A stretch of 64,000 bases of DNA from Candidatus Norongarragalinales archaeon (GCA_038884755.1 JAWABJ010000001.1:384001-448000), one strand, 5' to 3'. Positions 18,526-28,023 are shown, counted from the first letter of the stretch. The notes: generated by a model not told the origin, from the letters alone. Numbers and translations are program-made.

Positions 18526-19152
18526 TTGGCTAGGGAAATTTCACCAGTCCAGTCTGCCATGAGGCGAACCGGAGCAAAAGGCCGCTTGCCGTGGGTTACA
18601 AATTCGGCAATGATGCGGCGCTTTAAAGACCGCTTCAACAAGACTTCAAGCGAAGCCAACCTCAAAAGCCTTCGGGAAATACACAACGAACTCAAAGGGC
18701 TTTCTGAAGAAATAGGAGATTTGCACCACAGCGACGACATTGAAGGAGCACAAGAACTTTTTGACGAATTCAAGGGAAAATGCCAAAAGTTTTTTGAAAA
18801 AGTCGAAGAGGCTTCGGAACTGCACTCCCAAGCGACCGCGATGATAGAACGGATAAATTCAAGGCTGCAAAGCTCTCAAGACAGGAATGCGGCCGAACTG
18901 ATTCACGACCACGAAAGGCAGGCGATTTTAAACTGGTTCGGACGGGAAGGAATAGACCGGAGGGTAAACGCTTTGGGAAACGCCGTCGAAAGGTACTCGC
19001 AAATAGCCGAAAACCTGAGGCAAATAGTGGAAAGCGCTTATTTCAGGGAAATGGCCCAGCATCACGAGGTTATGGTCAGGTCACGGGCGGCGTTTTTGGA
19101 ACACCACGAAACCCTGCACAACGCGGTCCACAATATTACCGAAAAAAAATAA
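18526..19152 (+). CDS. Hypothetical alpha-helical protein
   Basis: 208 aa ORF after GGAGGGG SD; no recognisable family. Confidence 0.65.
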   Translation: MAREISPVQSAMRRTGAKGRLPWVTNSAMMRRFKDRFNKTSSEANLKSLREIHNELKGLSEEIGDLHHSDDIEGAQELFDEFKGKCQKFFEKVEEASELHSQATAMIERINSRLQSSQDRNAAELIHDHERQAILNWFGREGIDRRVNALGNAVERYSQIAENLRQIVESAYFREMAQHHEVMVRSRAAFLEHHETLHNAVHNITEKK

Positions 19153-19163
19153 AGAAAAAAAAA

Positions 19164-21800
19164 TCAACGCCCCTGGTCTTCAATAGCAGCCGGCTCGGCG
19201 TAAGGGTAAGCTTGTTCTTTGGCTATTTCCACCGAGCCGAGCGAAGCGAGCGAATTCAAATCATTCGCTTTGACGAAGCGGTTTGAAATCGTGTAAAGCA
19301 CGTTCTCGATGTACGCGCTTCTCTGCACGTCGGTGTTGCCCCAGTAGTAATAACCTGCCTTGTCGAACGCACTCTGGTCGGCGTGCGAGACTCTTCCTTT
19401 AAGCATGAAGCCCGTTGCAACGTCCAAGTTGAACACGTACGCACCTTGGAATATGTAGTCTCCGTAAGAAGAAGGCTCGACGCCCTGCGGGTATTTCGTC
19501 GGATTAATCCTAGCTTCGAGAACGGGAATTACGAGCAGCCCGTTCTTGCTTTTCGCAAACAAGAACGCCTTGTGGTCGTGCAACGCGTAAGATTCCGAAC
19601 CCCTGTCGCCTATGTCGTATTTCGCCACTTCCTTGATCGCATTGACGTCGCTCACGTCAAACAGCGAAAGCTTCAAGCCTTGGTACCAGGCGAAATCGCC
19701 GTCACCAAACTCTCCTGCCTTTGCAGGAAGCGCGCTCTTGCCCAAACCAATAATGTGGTTTTCGTCGTAAGAGTGCAAGTAATTCGAGTAACCCGGAATC
19801 TTAAGCTGCCCGAGCACGCGCGGGTTGGCAGGGTCGCTCAAGTCTATTGCAAACAACGGGTCGGTTTGCTTGAACGTAACCAGATACAACCGGTCGCCCA
19901 TGAACCTTGCAGAGTAAATCCTTTCGCCAGGCGCCAAGTCCGTAAGCTTGCCTACTACCTCCAGCTTGTCGTTCAGAACGAACACGTGGTTTTTCTGCTT
20001 TGTTTCCTCAGGCCTCTCGGCTTGAGGCGCAGCAACCGCGCCTTCAGGAACGCCCACAGTCATTATCACGTCTCCTCTGAACGAGGGTTCGGTGGTCGTC
20101 GCAATGCGGAAATACCCGTTGTGCTCGTCCATGGAAAACTGGTTTAAGACCGTTCCGACAACCTCGCCCTTGCCCAAATAAGCTATTTCCTTGCCCAGCG
20201 AAAACTTGTGTATCACGGTTTTCGCTTGGCCGTAGTGGTAGGGCATGCCGATTCTCGCGATTTCATCCTGCTTGTTTTGCGTTGCGGCGTTGATTTTCTC
20301 GTAGACTTCCTTCCTCGCGTTTTCGCTCAAGCTTTCGACGAACTTTTGCGCTTGGGCGACTTTCAAAGCTTCCTTGCGCCACTCGCTTGCGTCGGAAGCG
20401 TCGATTGCCGCGATTTTCTCGCTGAAATCGCGGGTAATGTAAGGCGAGAGAATGCCTTGGTAGTCAACCCACTTTAGGGTGGGGTAAGGCGAGTAGTCGT
20501 AAACGCTTTGGGTTACGAACATGTTTTCTTTCGAAACGAAGAGGGTTTGCGCGTAGCCCATCAAAACCACTTTCCTCGCCTCTTGTTCGTTCAAGTCGTT
20601 CAAGTTGAAGCCGAGTACGGTGACGAAGTTGTAGTTGCTGTCGGGATAGTCGAAGTAACCAATTTGAGAAGGCATTGTCTCGCGCGGCACGCCGTCTTCC
20701 ACAAAAACAGGCATGGGCCCGCCGTAGTAGGCGTTCTCGTTCGAGACAACGAAAACCCTGCCGTCAATCAAGCGCGATTGCACGTAGCTTCCGCTCAAAA
20801 CGAAGCTTTTCACCAAGTCAGGAAGAGTCTTGTCTGTAATGTCGTACACTTTGACGAAAGAAGCCTGCTGGTAGTAAGGATACGGATAGTAACCGGGAAC
20901 AACCATTTTAGAGTCTATGCCCACGCCGTCAGCAACTTCTTTCACTTGTTCAGAACCAACGTCTGGAGTTGCAGTTGCGCTTGCTTCAGGCGTAGGTTTT
21001 ACTTCAGGGCAAGGCGCGAATTCACACGACGGCGCCACTCTTCCCACGAAACTACCGTCGGGGCATTGCTTGGCGTCGGCAGTGCAAGCTACTGGAACAG
21101 CGCTAGCTTGAGGGGAAGGGCAGTATTTCAACGTGCAAATTGCAACAGCCTTTCCGTCAACTTCGCTGCAAGAGCACGAATTGCAGCCGTCACTCCAACT
21201 CTCGCCTACAGCGTATTCCTTGCCGTTGGAAACGCACTTTTGCGAAGGAGCTGGCGAGGGTTCGACGGGCAAAGGCTGCGGCAGCCAGAAAGCCTGCTCG
21301 CTTCCGAAAACCACGAGCTTGTTTCCGTAAACGAAAATTTGCGTGGGGTAAGCGTTTTCGCCGAAACGGATTTCAGAAACGATTTTCATTTCGCTCGCAG
21401 GATAAGCCCGCACAATCTTGACTTTGTTTTCCGCTATAACGTATAAAAACTCCCCGTCGTTCTTCACCACGTCTGCTTCGTCAATGCCTTCCACTTGCAC
21501 GTTTGTTGAAGAATAGTCTTTGGCCGAGCCGCCGCTTTCACTGGCGTCCGCGCGGGCCATCATGGGCGCGCCAAAGCCTCTCGCTACGCCATAACCGCCA
21601 TAGCCTTGCGACTGCGTAGCCTGCAAGAATTCGCTCACGTCGTTCCACGATTCGAACGAAAGCAACTGCGTTTGACTTTCTTGCGTTTGCAGTCCCGGGG
21701 AAGGCGAAGCTGCGAACCTGCCGTCTTGCACGCAGCCTGCTAGAAACAGGGAAAAAGCCAAAATCAAAACAAAAACTGCGGAAAAACTTTTCGAAGCCAT
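19164..21800 (-). CDS. Surface lipoprotein with beta-propeller (Beta_propel-type) domain and two inserted Cys-rich modules
   Basis: FLAGC lipobox; YSSTNVQVEGIDEADVVKNDG, LNQFSMDEH..FRIATT, ERIYSARF, TFKQTDPLF, LKIPGYSNYLH. Confidence 0.9.
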   Translation of the reverse strand: MASKSFSAVFVLILAFSLFLAGCVQDGRFAASPSPGLQTQESQTQLLSFESWNDVSEFLQATQSQGYGGYGVARGFGAPMMARADASESGGSAKDYSSTNVQVEGIDEADVVKNDGEFLYVIAENKVKIVRAYPASEMKIVSEIRFGENAYPTQIFVYGNKLVVFGSEQAFWLPQPLPVEPSPAPSQKCVSNGKEYAVGESWSDGCNSCSCSEVDGKAVAICTLKYCPSPQASAVPVACTADAKQCPDGSFVGRVAPSCEFAPCPEVKPTPEASATATPDVGSEQVKEVADGVGIDSKMVVPGYYPYPYYQQASFVKVYDITDKTLPDLVKSFVLSGSYVQSRLIDGRVFVVSNENAYYGGPMPVFVEDGVPRETMPSQIGYFDYPDSNYNFVTVLGFNLNDLNEQEARKVVLMGYAQTLFVSKENMFVTQSVYDYSPYPTLKWVDYQGILSPYITRDFSEKIAAIDASDASEWRKEALKVAQAQKFVESLSENARKEVYEKINAATQNKQDEIARIGMPYHYGQAKTVIHKFSLGKEIAYLGKGEVVGTVLNQFSMDEHNGYFRIATTTEPSFRGDVIMTVGVPEGAVAAPQAERPEETKQKNHVFVLNDKLEVVGKLTDLAPGERIYSARFMGDRLYLVTFKQTDPLFAIDLSDPANPRVLGQLKIPGYSNYLHSYDENHIIGLGKSALPAKAGEFGDGDFAWYQGLKLSLFDVSDVNAIKEVAKYDIGDRGSESYALHDHKAFLFAKSKNGLLVIPVLEARINPTKYPQGVEPSSYGDYIFQGAYVFNLDVATGFMLKGRVSHADQSAFDKAGYYYWGNTDVQRSAYIENVLYTISNRFVKANDLNSLASLGSVEIAKEQAYPYAEPAAIEDQGR

Positions 21801-22039
21801 GATGCAAACCACCCATTGATTTTCAAATGCGACAAAATTCCTAAGGAAAGGGCGTTTAAATAGCCTGCAAGATAATCAAGAAAAAAATTGATGATTTTTA
21901 AAGAACTGGTAAAATATTATACTGACAAAACTATTAGGTTAAATGAGTTTTAAGCCAGTTGATTTGTGGCTTTTTGAAAAAAAACTTCTGACAGAAGGGA
22001 AAGCGCGAGGTAAGTAAAAGAAAAGAGAGGGCGCGCGTT

Positions 22040-22339
22040 TCACTCTTTGTAGTTGTAGGTGAAATACCCCGCGAGCAGGAAAACTATTCCCAAAACGAAG
22101 TCGAGCAAAATCGACTGCATGAGAGAGTTGGTGGTTCCTGAAAGGAGTTGCTTTGTAGACTCGATTTGCGAAGCATCTACTCCCAACGCTTCGCCTCCTA
22201 ACGCATCAAGCTGGTTCAGTTGTGCAATCGACGGGCCGAGCGCTGCCGAAACCTGCATGTACTGGTTGGCTTGGTATACGGCGAGCGTGAACATCAACGC
22301 CGCCATAATGACTAAAAACTGGCTGAAAATCTTTTTCAT
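22040..22339 (-). CDS. Hypothetical two-TM membrane protein
   Basis: Two hydrophobic helices; ATGA overlap with upstream gene. Confidence 0.7.
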   Translation of the reverse strand: MKKIFSQFLVIMAALMFTLAVYQANQYMQVSAALGPSIAQLNQLDALGGEALGVDASQIESTKQLLSGTTNSLMQSILLDFVLGIVFLLAGYFTYNYKE

Positions 22340-22731
22340 TCTTCACCACCATCCAAAACGAATTTGTTCCTCCTCTTCTTTCCATCTACTAACCTGCTCT
22401 TGTGCTTTCTCGCTTCGCTCAAAAGCTCGTCGAACAAGTCGTTCAAAACGAAATTCAGCTTTCTTCCCGCGGCTTTCGCGTGGAACGACGCGCTTTTGGA
22501 AGAAAGCAAGCCATGCAGCTCGAACTTCTCCGTTTTCCCTATTCCCGAGCTTTTCACGTGAATCGTCACTCCTTCGATCTCGTCCAAAAACTTTGACGCC
22601 TTGTCGGCGAAAGCGCGCGCTTCTTCTTCCACGCTGTCTTGAAAAACTTTCGCGTCTTTCTTCAAGCCTGAAACGATTACTTTCGGAGACTGGGCTTTCT
22701 TGAAAAACCCGAGGATTTTGTTCCACACCAT
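22336..22731 (-). CDS. Stand-alone HPF/RaiA-like (ribosome hibernation-type) domain protein
   Basis: beta-alpha-beta-beta-beta-alpha pattern: VIVSGL, ADKASKFL, VTIHVK, KFELHGLL, FHAKAAG, LNDLFDELLSEARKHK. Confidence 0.55.
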   Translation of the reverse strand: MVWNKILGFFKKAQSPKVIVSGLKKDAKVFQDSVEEEARAFADKASKFLDEIEGVTIHVKSSGIGKTEKFELHGLLSSKSASFHAKAAGRKLNFVLNDLFDELLSEARKHKSRLVDGKKRRNKFVLDGGEE

Positions 22732-22782
22732 TTTCGCTCTCACCACCATTCGTTAGAGAAAACGGCTTTTTATTGCCCTTGT

Positions 22783-24291
22783 TCAAGTGAACCAAGGCAG
22801 CGCGTTTATCAAAAGCAAGCCCACGCTAACCAGCCCTAAACCCAACGCGATTTTAGTGCCAGTCTCCTTGCCGAACGCGTCTTGCAATTCTACTAGAAAA
22901 ATTCGTTGGCCGTCCGTCAAAAACAAGGGAAGCAAATTCACCGTCGCAAGGATGAAGTTAAGGGTGAAAGTGAAGACCACAACCAAAAGAACAAAGGAAA
23001 AAAGTCCGAACAAGAACGGGTCAAACGGGTTGTTCTCGAATTCCACGGTCGGGCGCAAGGCGAGCGTCACGCCCAGTTTTCCCTCCTCGTTCAACACCAC
23101 GCTTTTCTCGCCCGCGCTTGTTTCAAGCAGCACGCTTTCTCCCGCTTTTCCGGAAGCAACCGCCAGCCTCAAATCATTCAAATTATAAGTGGGTTTTCCT
23201 TTTGCGGAATAAATCCTCTCGCCTTTCTCGAGCGAGGGGTTGGAGGAACTCAAGATTTCCAACTCGAAAGCGCGCACGAGCTTATCCCCTTGCGACGTCT
23301 TGAGTTGCAAAACGCCTTTGGAGGAATGTGCGCGCAAGTCTTCCGCGGTTTTCACCAACTTTCCGTCGGCTTCAAAAACCTTCTCCCCGACAGACAATTG
23401 CGAAAACACAGTGGAGTTTTCGAAAACGCTTTTCACCGAAACGCTTTCCACCATCAAAGGCGTTATTTGAGACAACGCCAGTCCGACGATGAGGAAAAGA
23501 ACGAAAAACAACGCGTTGCTCGTGCTTCCTGCGCCGAGAATGCGCAGTTGCAAAAGCTTGTCCATTTTTGCCATTTTCTTTTCGTCTGGCTCGACGAAAG
23601 CGCCGACTGGAAGGATTCCGAACAAGAGCAAGCCCGAAGATTTAACTTTCAAGTTTTCCACAAGGCAAAGCACTCCGTGCGCCAGCTCGTGCACGACAAC
23701 GACGATTATCAAGGCAAAAACCACTTCCCAAGGCACGGTAACGCCTGGCACTATTGGAATAACGCCGGGCGGCGTTGCGGGTACGGTGAGAATGTCGTAA
23801 GCATGCTGCGCCAGGAAGAAAAAGCCTATGCCGAAAAGCCCAGCGGCAAAGCCAATGATTACTATCAACTGGGATTCCACCATAGTCGGCTGCAGGAGGA
23901 ACAAGGCGTAAAACAAAGCCATTCCAAACGCGTGAAGCAGGAGTTTTTTGCTTAAGCTGAACAGCCGCCACCCGTAGAAAACCCCGAAGCCCAGCGTGAG
24001 CCCAAAGTCCGAAAGCGCTTTGCTCAACTTAGCATGGTGTTTTGCTATATGCCGCATTTGCTTGAAGCCTGAAACGCCCCGCACTATTATGAACCCGAAG
24101 TGGTGCTCTTGGCCGCTGAGCTTGCCAAGAATCGTTCCTGAAACGCCGAGGAGGACTATCGAAACCGCGAGCTTGACCCAGTCGTTGAAAGTCGAGAAAG
24201 CTATCGCGAAAAACGCTGCGGCCGAAGCCAGCGCGACAACCGCAATCCAAAAGTCCTTGTTCCGTTCGAAATGGTTCAATTGCAATAACAC
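22783..24291 (-). CDS. Site-2 protease (peptidase M50) with PDZ-like insert
   Basis: HELAH, GAFVEPDE, GAGS..N, NLLPLFLTDG. Confidence 0.92.
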   Translation of the reverse strand: MLLQLNHFERNKDFWIAVVALASAAAFFAIAFSTFNDWVKLAVSIVLLGVSGTILGKLSGQEHHFGFIIVRGVSGFKQMRHIAKHHAKLSKALSDFGLTLGFGVFYGWRLFSLSKKLLLHAFGMALFYALFLLQPTMVESQLIVIIGFAAGLFGIGFFFLAQHAYDILTVPATPPGVIPIVPGVTVPWEVVFALIIVVVVHELAHGVLCLVENLKVKSSGLLLFGILPVGAFVEPDEKKMAKMDKLLQLRILGAGSTSNALFFVLFLIVGLALSQITPLMVESVSVKSVFENSTVFSQLSVGEKVFEADGKLVKTAEDLRAHSSKGVLQLKTSQGDKLVRAFELEILSSSNPSLEKGERIYSAKGKPTYNLNDLRLAVASGKAGESVLLETSAGEKSVVLNEEGKLGVTLALRPTVEFENNPFDPFLFGLFSFVLLVVVFTFTLNFILATVNLLPLFLTDGQRIFLVELQDAFGKETGTKIALGLGLVSVGLLLINALPWFT

Positions 24292-24323
24292 CCCGTTAGA
24301 CTACGAAAACCCGAGCGTACCGG

Positions 24324-24713
24324 TTATTGTTCAAGCAAGCTTATTCCTAAAGCAAACTCTAGTTTTTTAATTGTCGCTTCGCCGGGCTTGAACTTTTGGT
24401 GCTCGAAACCCTCGAGTTCCTTTTCCTGAATGAAAAGCTTGCGCGCCAAATCTTTTCTCGAAAGCGAAAGCTTCTCCCGCGCCTGCATTATGCGTTTTCC
24501 GTAGTCTTCGGCCAGTTCTTTCTCCCCTGATTTTGAAAGCGAAGGCTTGAGAACTTGGGAGAAGACTTTGGCGTGCTTGGGCGGAGAGTAGTTTTTGAAA
24601 ACCTCGAATCCGCTGGAGTACGCCGAGCAAGTTTCGCACAACGGCACTCTAGCCCCTTCAACGAAACCCAGTCCAGCTGCGGGCTTTCCGCAAACCTGGC
24701 AGTCCACGCGCAT
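24324..24713 (-). CDS. Archaeal multiprotein bridging factor 1 (Zn ribbon plus HTH)
   Basis: CQVCG, EGARVPLCETC, EDYGKRIMQARE, KLEFALGISL. Confidence 0.88.
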   Translation of the reverse strand: MRVDCQVCGKPAAGLGFVEGARVPLCETCSAYSSGFEVFKNYSPPKHAKVFSQVLKPSLSKSGEKELAEDYGKRIMQAREKLSLSRKDLARKLFIQEKELEGFEHQKFKPGEATIKKLEFALGISLLEQ

Positions 24714-24798
24714 TCCAACACCCTCGCGCCCGAAGCGCGAAAAACAATGTTTTAAGCCTTGCAACCGTTTTAATATTTCGTTTTTCCGCGGTGTTGCA

Positions 24799-25815
24799 AT
24801 GGGAGTCGAACTCAAAGACATTTTGGCGAGGCACGAGAGGACTTTCGAAGAGCTTGAAGGGCGCATTGCCGTCGACGCTTACAACACGCTCTACCAGTTT
24901 TTGAGCATAATCCGCCAGCAGGACGGCACGCCTTTGATGGACTCAAAAGGAAGGGTTACTTCGCACGTAAGCGGACTGTTCTACCGCACGTGCAATTTGC
25001 TAGAGAAAAACATCATTCCGGTTTACGTTTTCGACGGCGTGCCAAGCAACCTCAAGAAAAAAACGATTGCGCAACGCGCTGCAGCAAAACTCGAGGCTGA
25101 AGAGCAAAGGAAAAAAGCGCTCGAACAAGGCGATGTCGCAAGAGCGGGAGTGCTCGCGCAACGCACGTCGAAACTCACCAAGGAAATGGTTGAGGAAAGC
25201 AAAACGCTGCTTTCGCTGATTGGACTGCCTTGGGTTCAAGCGCCGAGCGAGGGCGAAGCGCAGTGCGCGTTCATGGCGCAGCAAGGCACCGTGCGCGCGG
25301 CTTGCTCGCAAGACTACGATTCGCTGTTGTTCGGAACGCCCACGCTTTTGCGCAATTTAACCATTTCAGGCCGCAAAAAACTGCCGGGAAGACAGCAGTA
25401 CGTGGAAGTAGTTCCCGAGGAAATTGTCCTGAAGGAAAACTTGAATGCTCTAGGAATAACCAGGGAAAAGCTCGTTTGGATTGGGATTTTGAGCGGAACG
25501 GATTTCAACGAAGGCATTTACGGCATAGGGCCTAAAAAAGCGTTGAAGCTGGTCAAAGAACACGATTCGATGGAAGCAATTTTGAAGAAAATTGGAAAGC
25601 AAATGGACTGGAAGCCGGTGGAAGAACTTTTTTTGAATCCGGAAGTAAAGCCTATCGCGAAGGAAGAGTTGAAGGTTGGAAGTCCAGACAGGAAGGCGGT
25701 CGCCGAATTCATGCAGGACAGGGATTTTTCTCTCGAGAGGGTGGAAAACTCGATTGCGCGCGCGTTCAAACAGCCAATTGATTCGAAGCAAGGGCAGCTG
25801 GAAAAATGGTTTTAA
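24799..25815 (+). CDS. fen: Flap endonuclease 1
   Basis: DAYNTLYQFLSIIRQ, VFDG, APSEGEAQ, SQDYD, GTDFN, C-terminal PIP box QGQLEKWF. Confidence 0.97.
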   Translation: MGVELKDILARHERTFEELEGRIAVDAYNTLYQFLSIIRQQDGTPLMDSKGRVTSHVSGLFYRTCNLLEKNIIPVYVFDGVPSNLKKKTIAQRAAAKLEAEEQRKKALEQGDVARAGVLAQRTSKLTKEMVEESKTLLSLIGLPWVQAPSEGEAQCAFMAQQGTVRAACSQDYDSLLFGTPTLLRNLTISGRKKLPGRQQYVEVVPEEIVLKENLNALGITREKLVWIGILSGTDFNEGIYGIGPKKALKLVKEHDSMEAILKKIGKQMDWKPVEELFLNPEVKPIAKEELKVGSPDRKAVAEFMQDRDFSLERVENSIARAFKQPIDSKQGQLEKWF

Positions 25816-25825
25816 GGTGGAGTTC

Positions 25826-26383
25826 ATGCGCGTTGGAAAATGGAAAATGCTTTCTTAAAAAACGCGGTTTGAAAACCCGTGGTGGAAGATAGTCGAACGC
25901 ACGTTCAAAACGCCCAACAGCAAGCGCATCAAATGGTTCGTAGTAAAAAAACCTAATGCCGTATGTGTGTTCTGCCTCACGAAAAAATGCAAGGTTGTTG
26001 CAATCCGCTATTTCCGCCCTGCAATCCGCAAGGTGGTTTTCGACCTGCCCACTGGATTTTTGAACAAAGGAGAAACTCCCCTTGAAGCAGCGAAGCGAGA
26101 ATTGCGCGAAGAAACTGGCTTCACTGCAAAAAAATTCATTCCATTGGGCTCGTACGCGGGCAACGCTGCTGGGGATACGGTCATGCTCCACTGTTTTCTC
26201 GCGTTGGGAGGGCAAAAAAAATCAAAACAGAATCTCGACCACGGCAAGGAAATTGAAGTAAAGCTTTTGAGCTTAAAGGAGTTGATGAAAAAAATTCTTT
26301 CGCGAAAGTTTCTGGACATTACCCGCGTGGGAGTGGCGTTCCTTGCACTGCAAAAGCTGGAAAAAATGAAATCAAGCCGTTAA
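25826..26383 (+). pseudogene. NUDIX hydrolase (ADP-ribose pyrophosphatase-like) with in-frame TAA at codon 11
   Basis: MRVGKWKMLS*KTRFENPWWKIVE.. continues in frame into GETPLEAAKRELREETG; stop at 25856-25858. Confidence 0.75.
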
Positions 26384-26853
26384 AACCCAGCCCACCCGAG
26401 CAGCGCCTGGCCGAACCACAGCACTGCGATGGTTTTTATCGCGCGCGCCACGATTATGACTGCTAGAAACTTGCGCCAGTCCATGTTGAGCGTGCCCGCA
26501 ACTACCGGCATCAAATCGCCTATGAACGGAATCCAAGGACTCGCCAAAAGCACGGGCCAACCGTATTTTTCGAACAGCTTTTCCGCCTTTTTCTCGCCCT
26601 TCGGGTCGCGTTTTGCGAGGAAAGTGTGAAATCCCTTCAACCCCACCAGGTAGTTTATGAAAGCGGCTATAGTCGAAGCGGCCAGGGTGACGAAAAAAAT
26701 CTGTTCGGCACTCCACAATTTCAAAGCCAAAACGAGAATCGGCTCTGAAGGAAATGGCAGAAGTGAGGCGGAAAAGAAAAGCACTAAGAAAAGCCCGCCC
26801 AACCCGTAGTTCTGCATGAGGCTCGCTGCGATGGAAAACAAGTCAATCGGCAT
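26380..26853 (-). CDS. DedA/YqaA (VTT domain) membrane protein
   Basis: LLPFPSE, NYLVG, KYG, PFIGD, AR motifs. Confidence 0.88.
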   Translation of the reverse strand: MPIDLFSIAASLMQNYGLGGLFLVLFFSASLLPFPSEPILVLALKLWSAEQIFFVTLAASTIAAFINYLVGLKGFHTFLAKRDPKGEKKAEKLFEKYGWPVLLASPWIPFIGDLMPVVAGTLNMDWRKFLAVIIVARAIKTIAVLWFGQALLGWAGF

Positions 26854-26876
26854 GGGGTTTCATCACTCCAACGATG

Positions 26877-27569
26877 TTATTTAGGCAACTGCAAAAGCAG
26901 TTTCAAGATTTTTTGGCTTTGGGCAGACGCGTTTTTCCCGATGTCTTGCGCTAAAGCGCCTTTCAACCCGGCGGCGTAGTTCGACACCACAGCTATTGCG
27001 GCGTACTGCAAGCCCAATTCCCTCGCCAAAATTGCTTCGGGCGAAGTCGTCATTCCCACCAAGTTTGCACCCAGCTTGGCGAACGCTTTTATTTCCGCTG
27101 GAGTCTCCAACCGCGGGCCCTGCGTGACAGCAACAACCCCGCCTTTCTTCAACTGCACTCCCGCTTTTTTTGCGCTGCGCTCAAGCCTCTCCCCCAAGGT
27201 TTTTGAGAACGGGGGAACCATCCAAGCGTGCTGTTCCAAGCTTTCCAGAGAGTCGAAAAACGTCGGCGGCGCGCGAAAGTCCATGAAATCTTGGAGCAAA
27301 ACCAAATCGCCTATCGAGTAGTTGGAAATAGCGCCGCAAGCGCTTATCCCCACTATTTCCTTGACTCCGAGTTTCTTGAAAGCGGAAAAATTCGCCCGGT
27401 GGTTTATCTTGTGCGGGGGGATTGCGTGCGCAAAACCGTGGCGCGAGACGAACGCTATGCCGCGCTTTTGGTCCAACACTGCAAGCGCGCTGCCGTAAGG
27501 AGTGGGACAGTGCGTTTCGATTCCCTTGAAAAGCCTTTCAAAACCCGTTCCAGCTATTACCCCGAGCAT
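26877..27569 (-). CDS. MTAP-family purine nucleoside phosphorylase
   Basis: GVIAGTG, RHG..H.IPPH.INHRAN, GPRLETPAE, VGMT..PEA.LARE. Confidence 0.92.
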   Translation of the reverse strand: MLGVIAGTGFERLFKGIETHCPTPYGSALAVLDQKRGIAFVSRHGFAHAIPPHKINHRANFSAFKKLGVKEIVGISACGAISNYSIGDLVLLQDFMDFRAPPTFFDSLESLEQHAWMVPPFSKTLGERLERSAKKAGVQLKKGGVVAVTQGPRLETPAEIKAFAKLGANLVGMTTSPEAILARELGLQYAAIAVVSNYAAGLKGALAQDIGKNASAQSQKILKLLLQLPK

Positions 27570-27665
27570 GAATTGAGTATTCGCACGGCAATTAAAAGAC
27601 TGTCGAAAAACGCCTATAAATATTCCCGGCGCATAATGCCTGGACAAAAAGGGGGGGGGGGGACT

Positions 27666-27941
27666 ATGAGAAAAATAACGCCGTGCCTTTGGTTCGACGG
27701 AGAAGCGGAAGAAGCCGCGAAATTTTACGTGAGCGTTTTTCCAAATTCGCGCATAAAGCGAGTTGAAAAATATGAGGTAGACACGCCTTCGACCAAGCCC
27801 GTTGGAAGCGTGATGACCGTAACTTTCGAGTTGGACGGCAACGAGTTCATGGGCTTGAACGGCTGACCTTACTTCAAGTTGAACGACGCGGTTTCTTTGA
27901 AGAGAATGAACTTGAACGAATTAAAAAAAAAAAGGCCGTAA
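27666..27941 (+). pseudogene. VOC/PhnB (3-demethylubiquinone-9 3-methyltransferase-like) pseudogene
   Basis: KITPCLWFDGEAEEAA..FMGLNG*PYFKLNDAVS; TGA where LNGGP is expected, and the second half of the domain is missing. Confidence 0.8.
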
Positions 27942-28023
27942 GCGAATGAAATTCAAAAAAAAGAGAAATAAGATTTATAGAAACGGTTATCGCACGGGTG
28001 GAAGCCCAGAAAGGAAAACAAGG

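Noticed and set aside
21801..22039. Replication origin
   Set aside because: The region is AT-rich, but it has no recognisable ORB repeats and no cdc6/orc1 gene nearby.
27864..27866. TGA recoded as Gly or Sec in the VOC gene
   Set aside because: Many intact genes here end in TGA (corA, rpiB, rpe, tktN), and the gene is also internally deleted, so simple pseudogenisation fits better.
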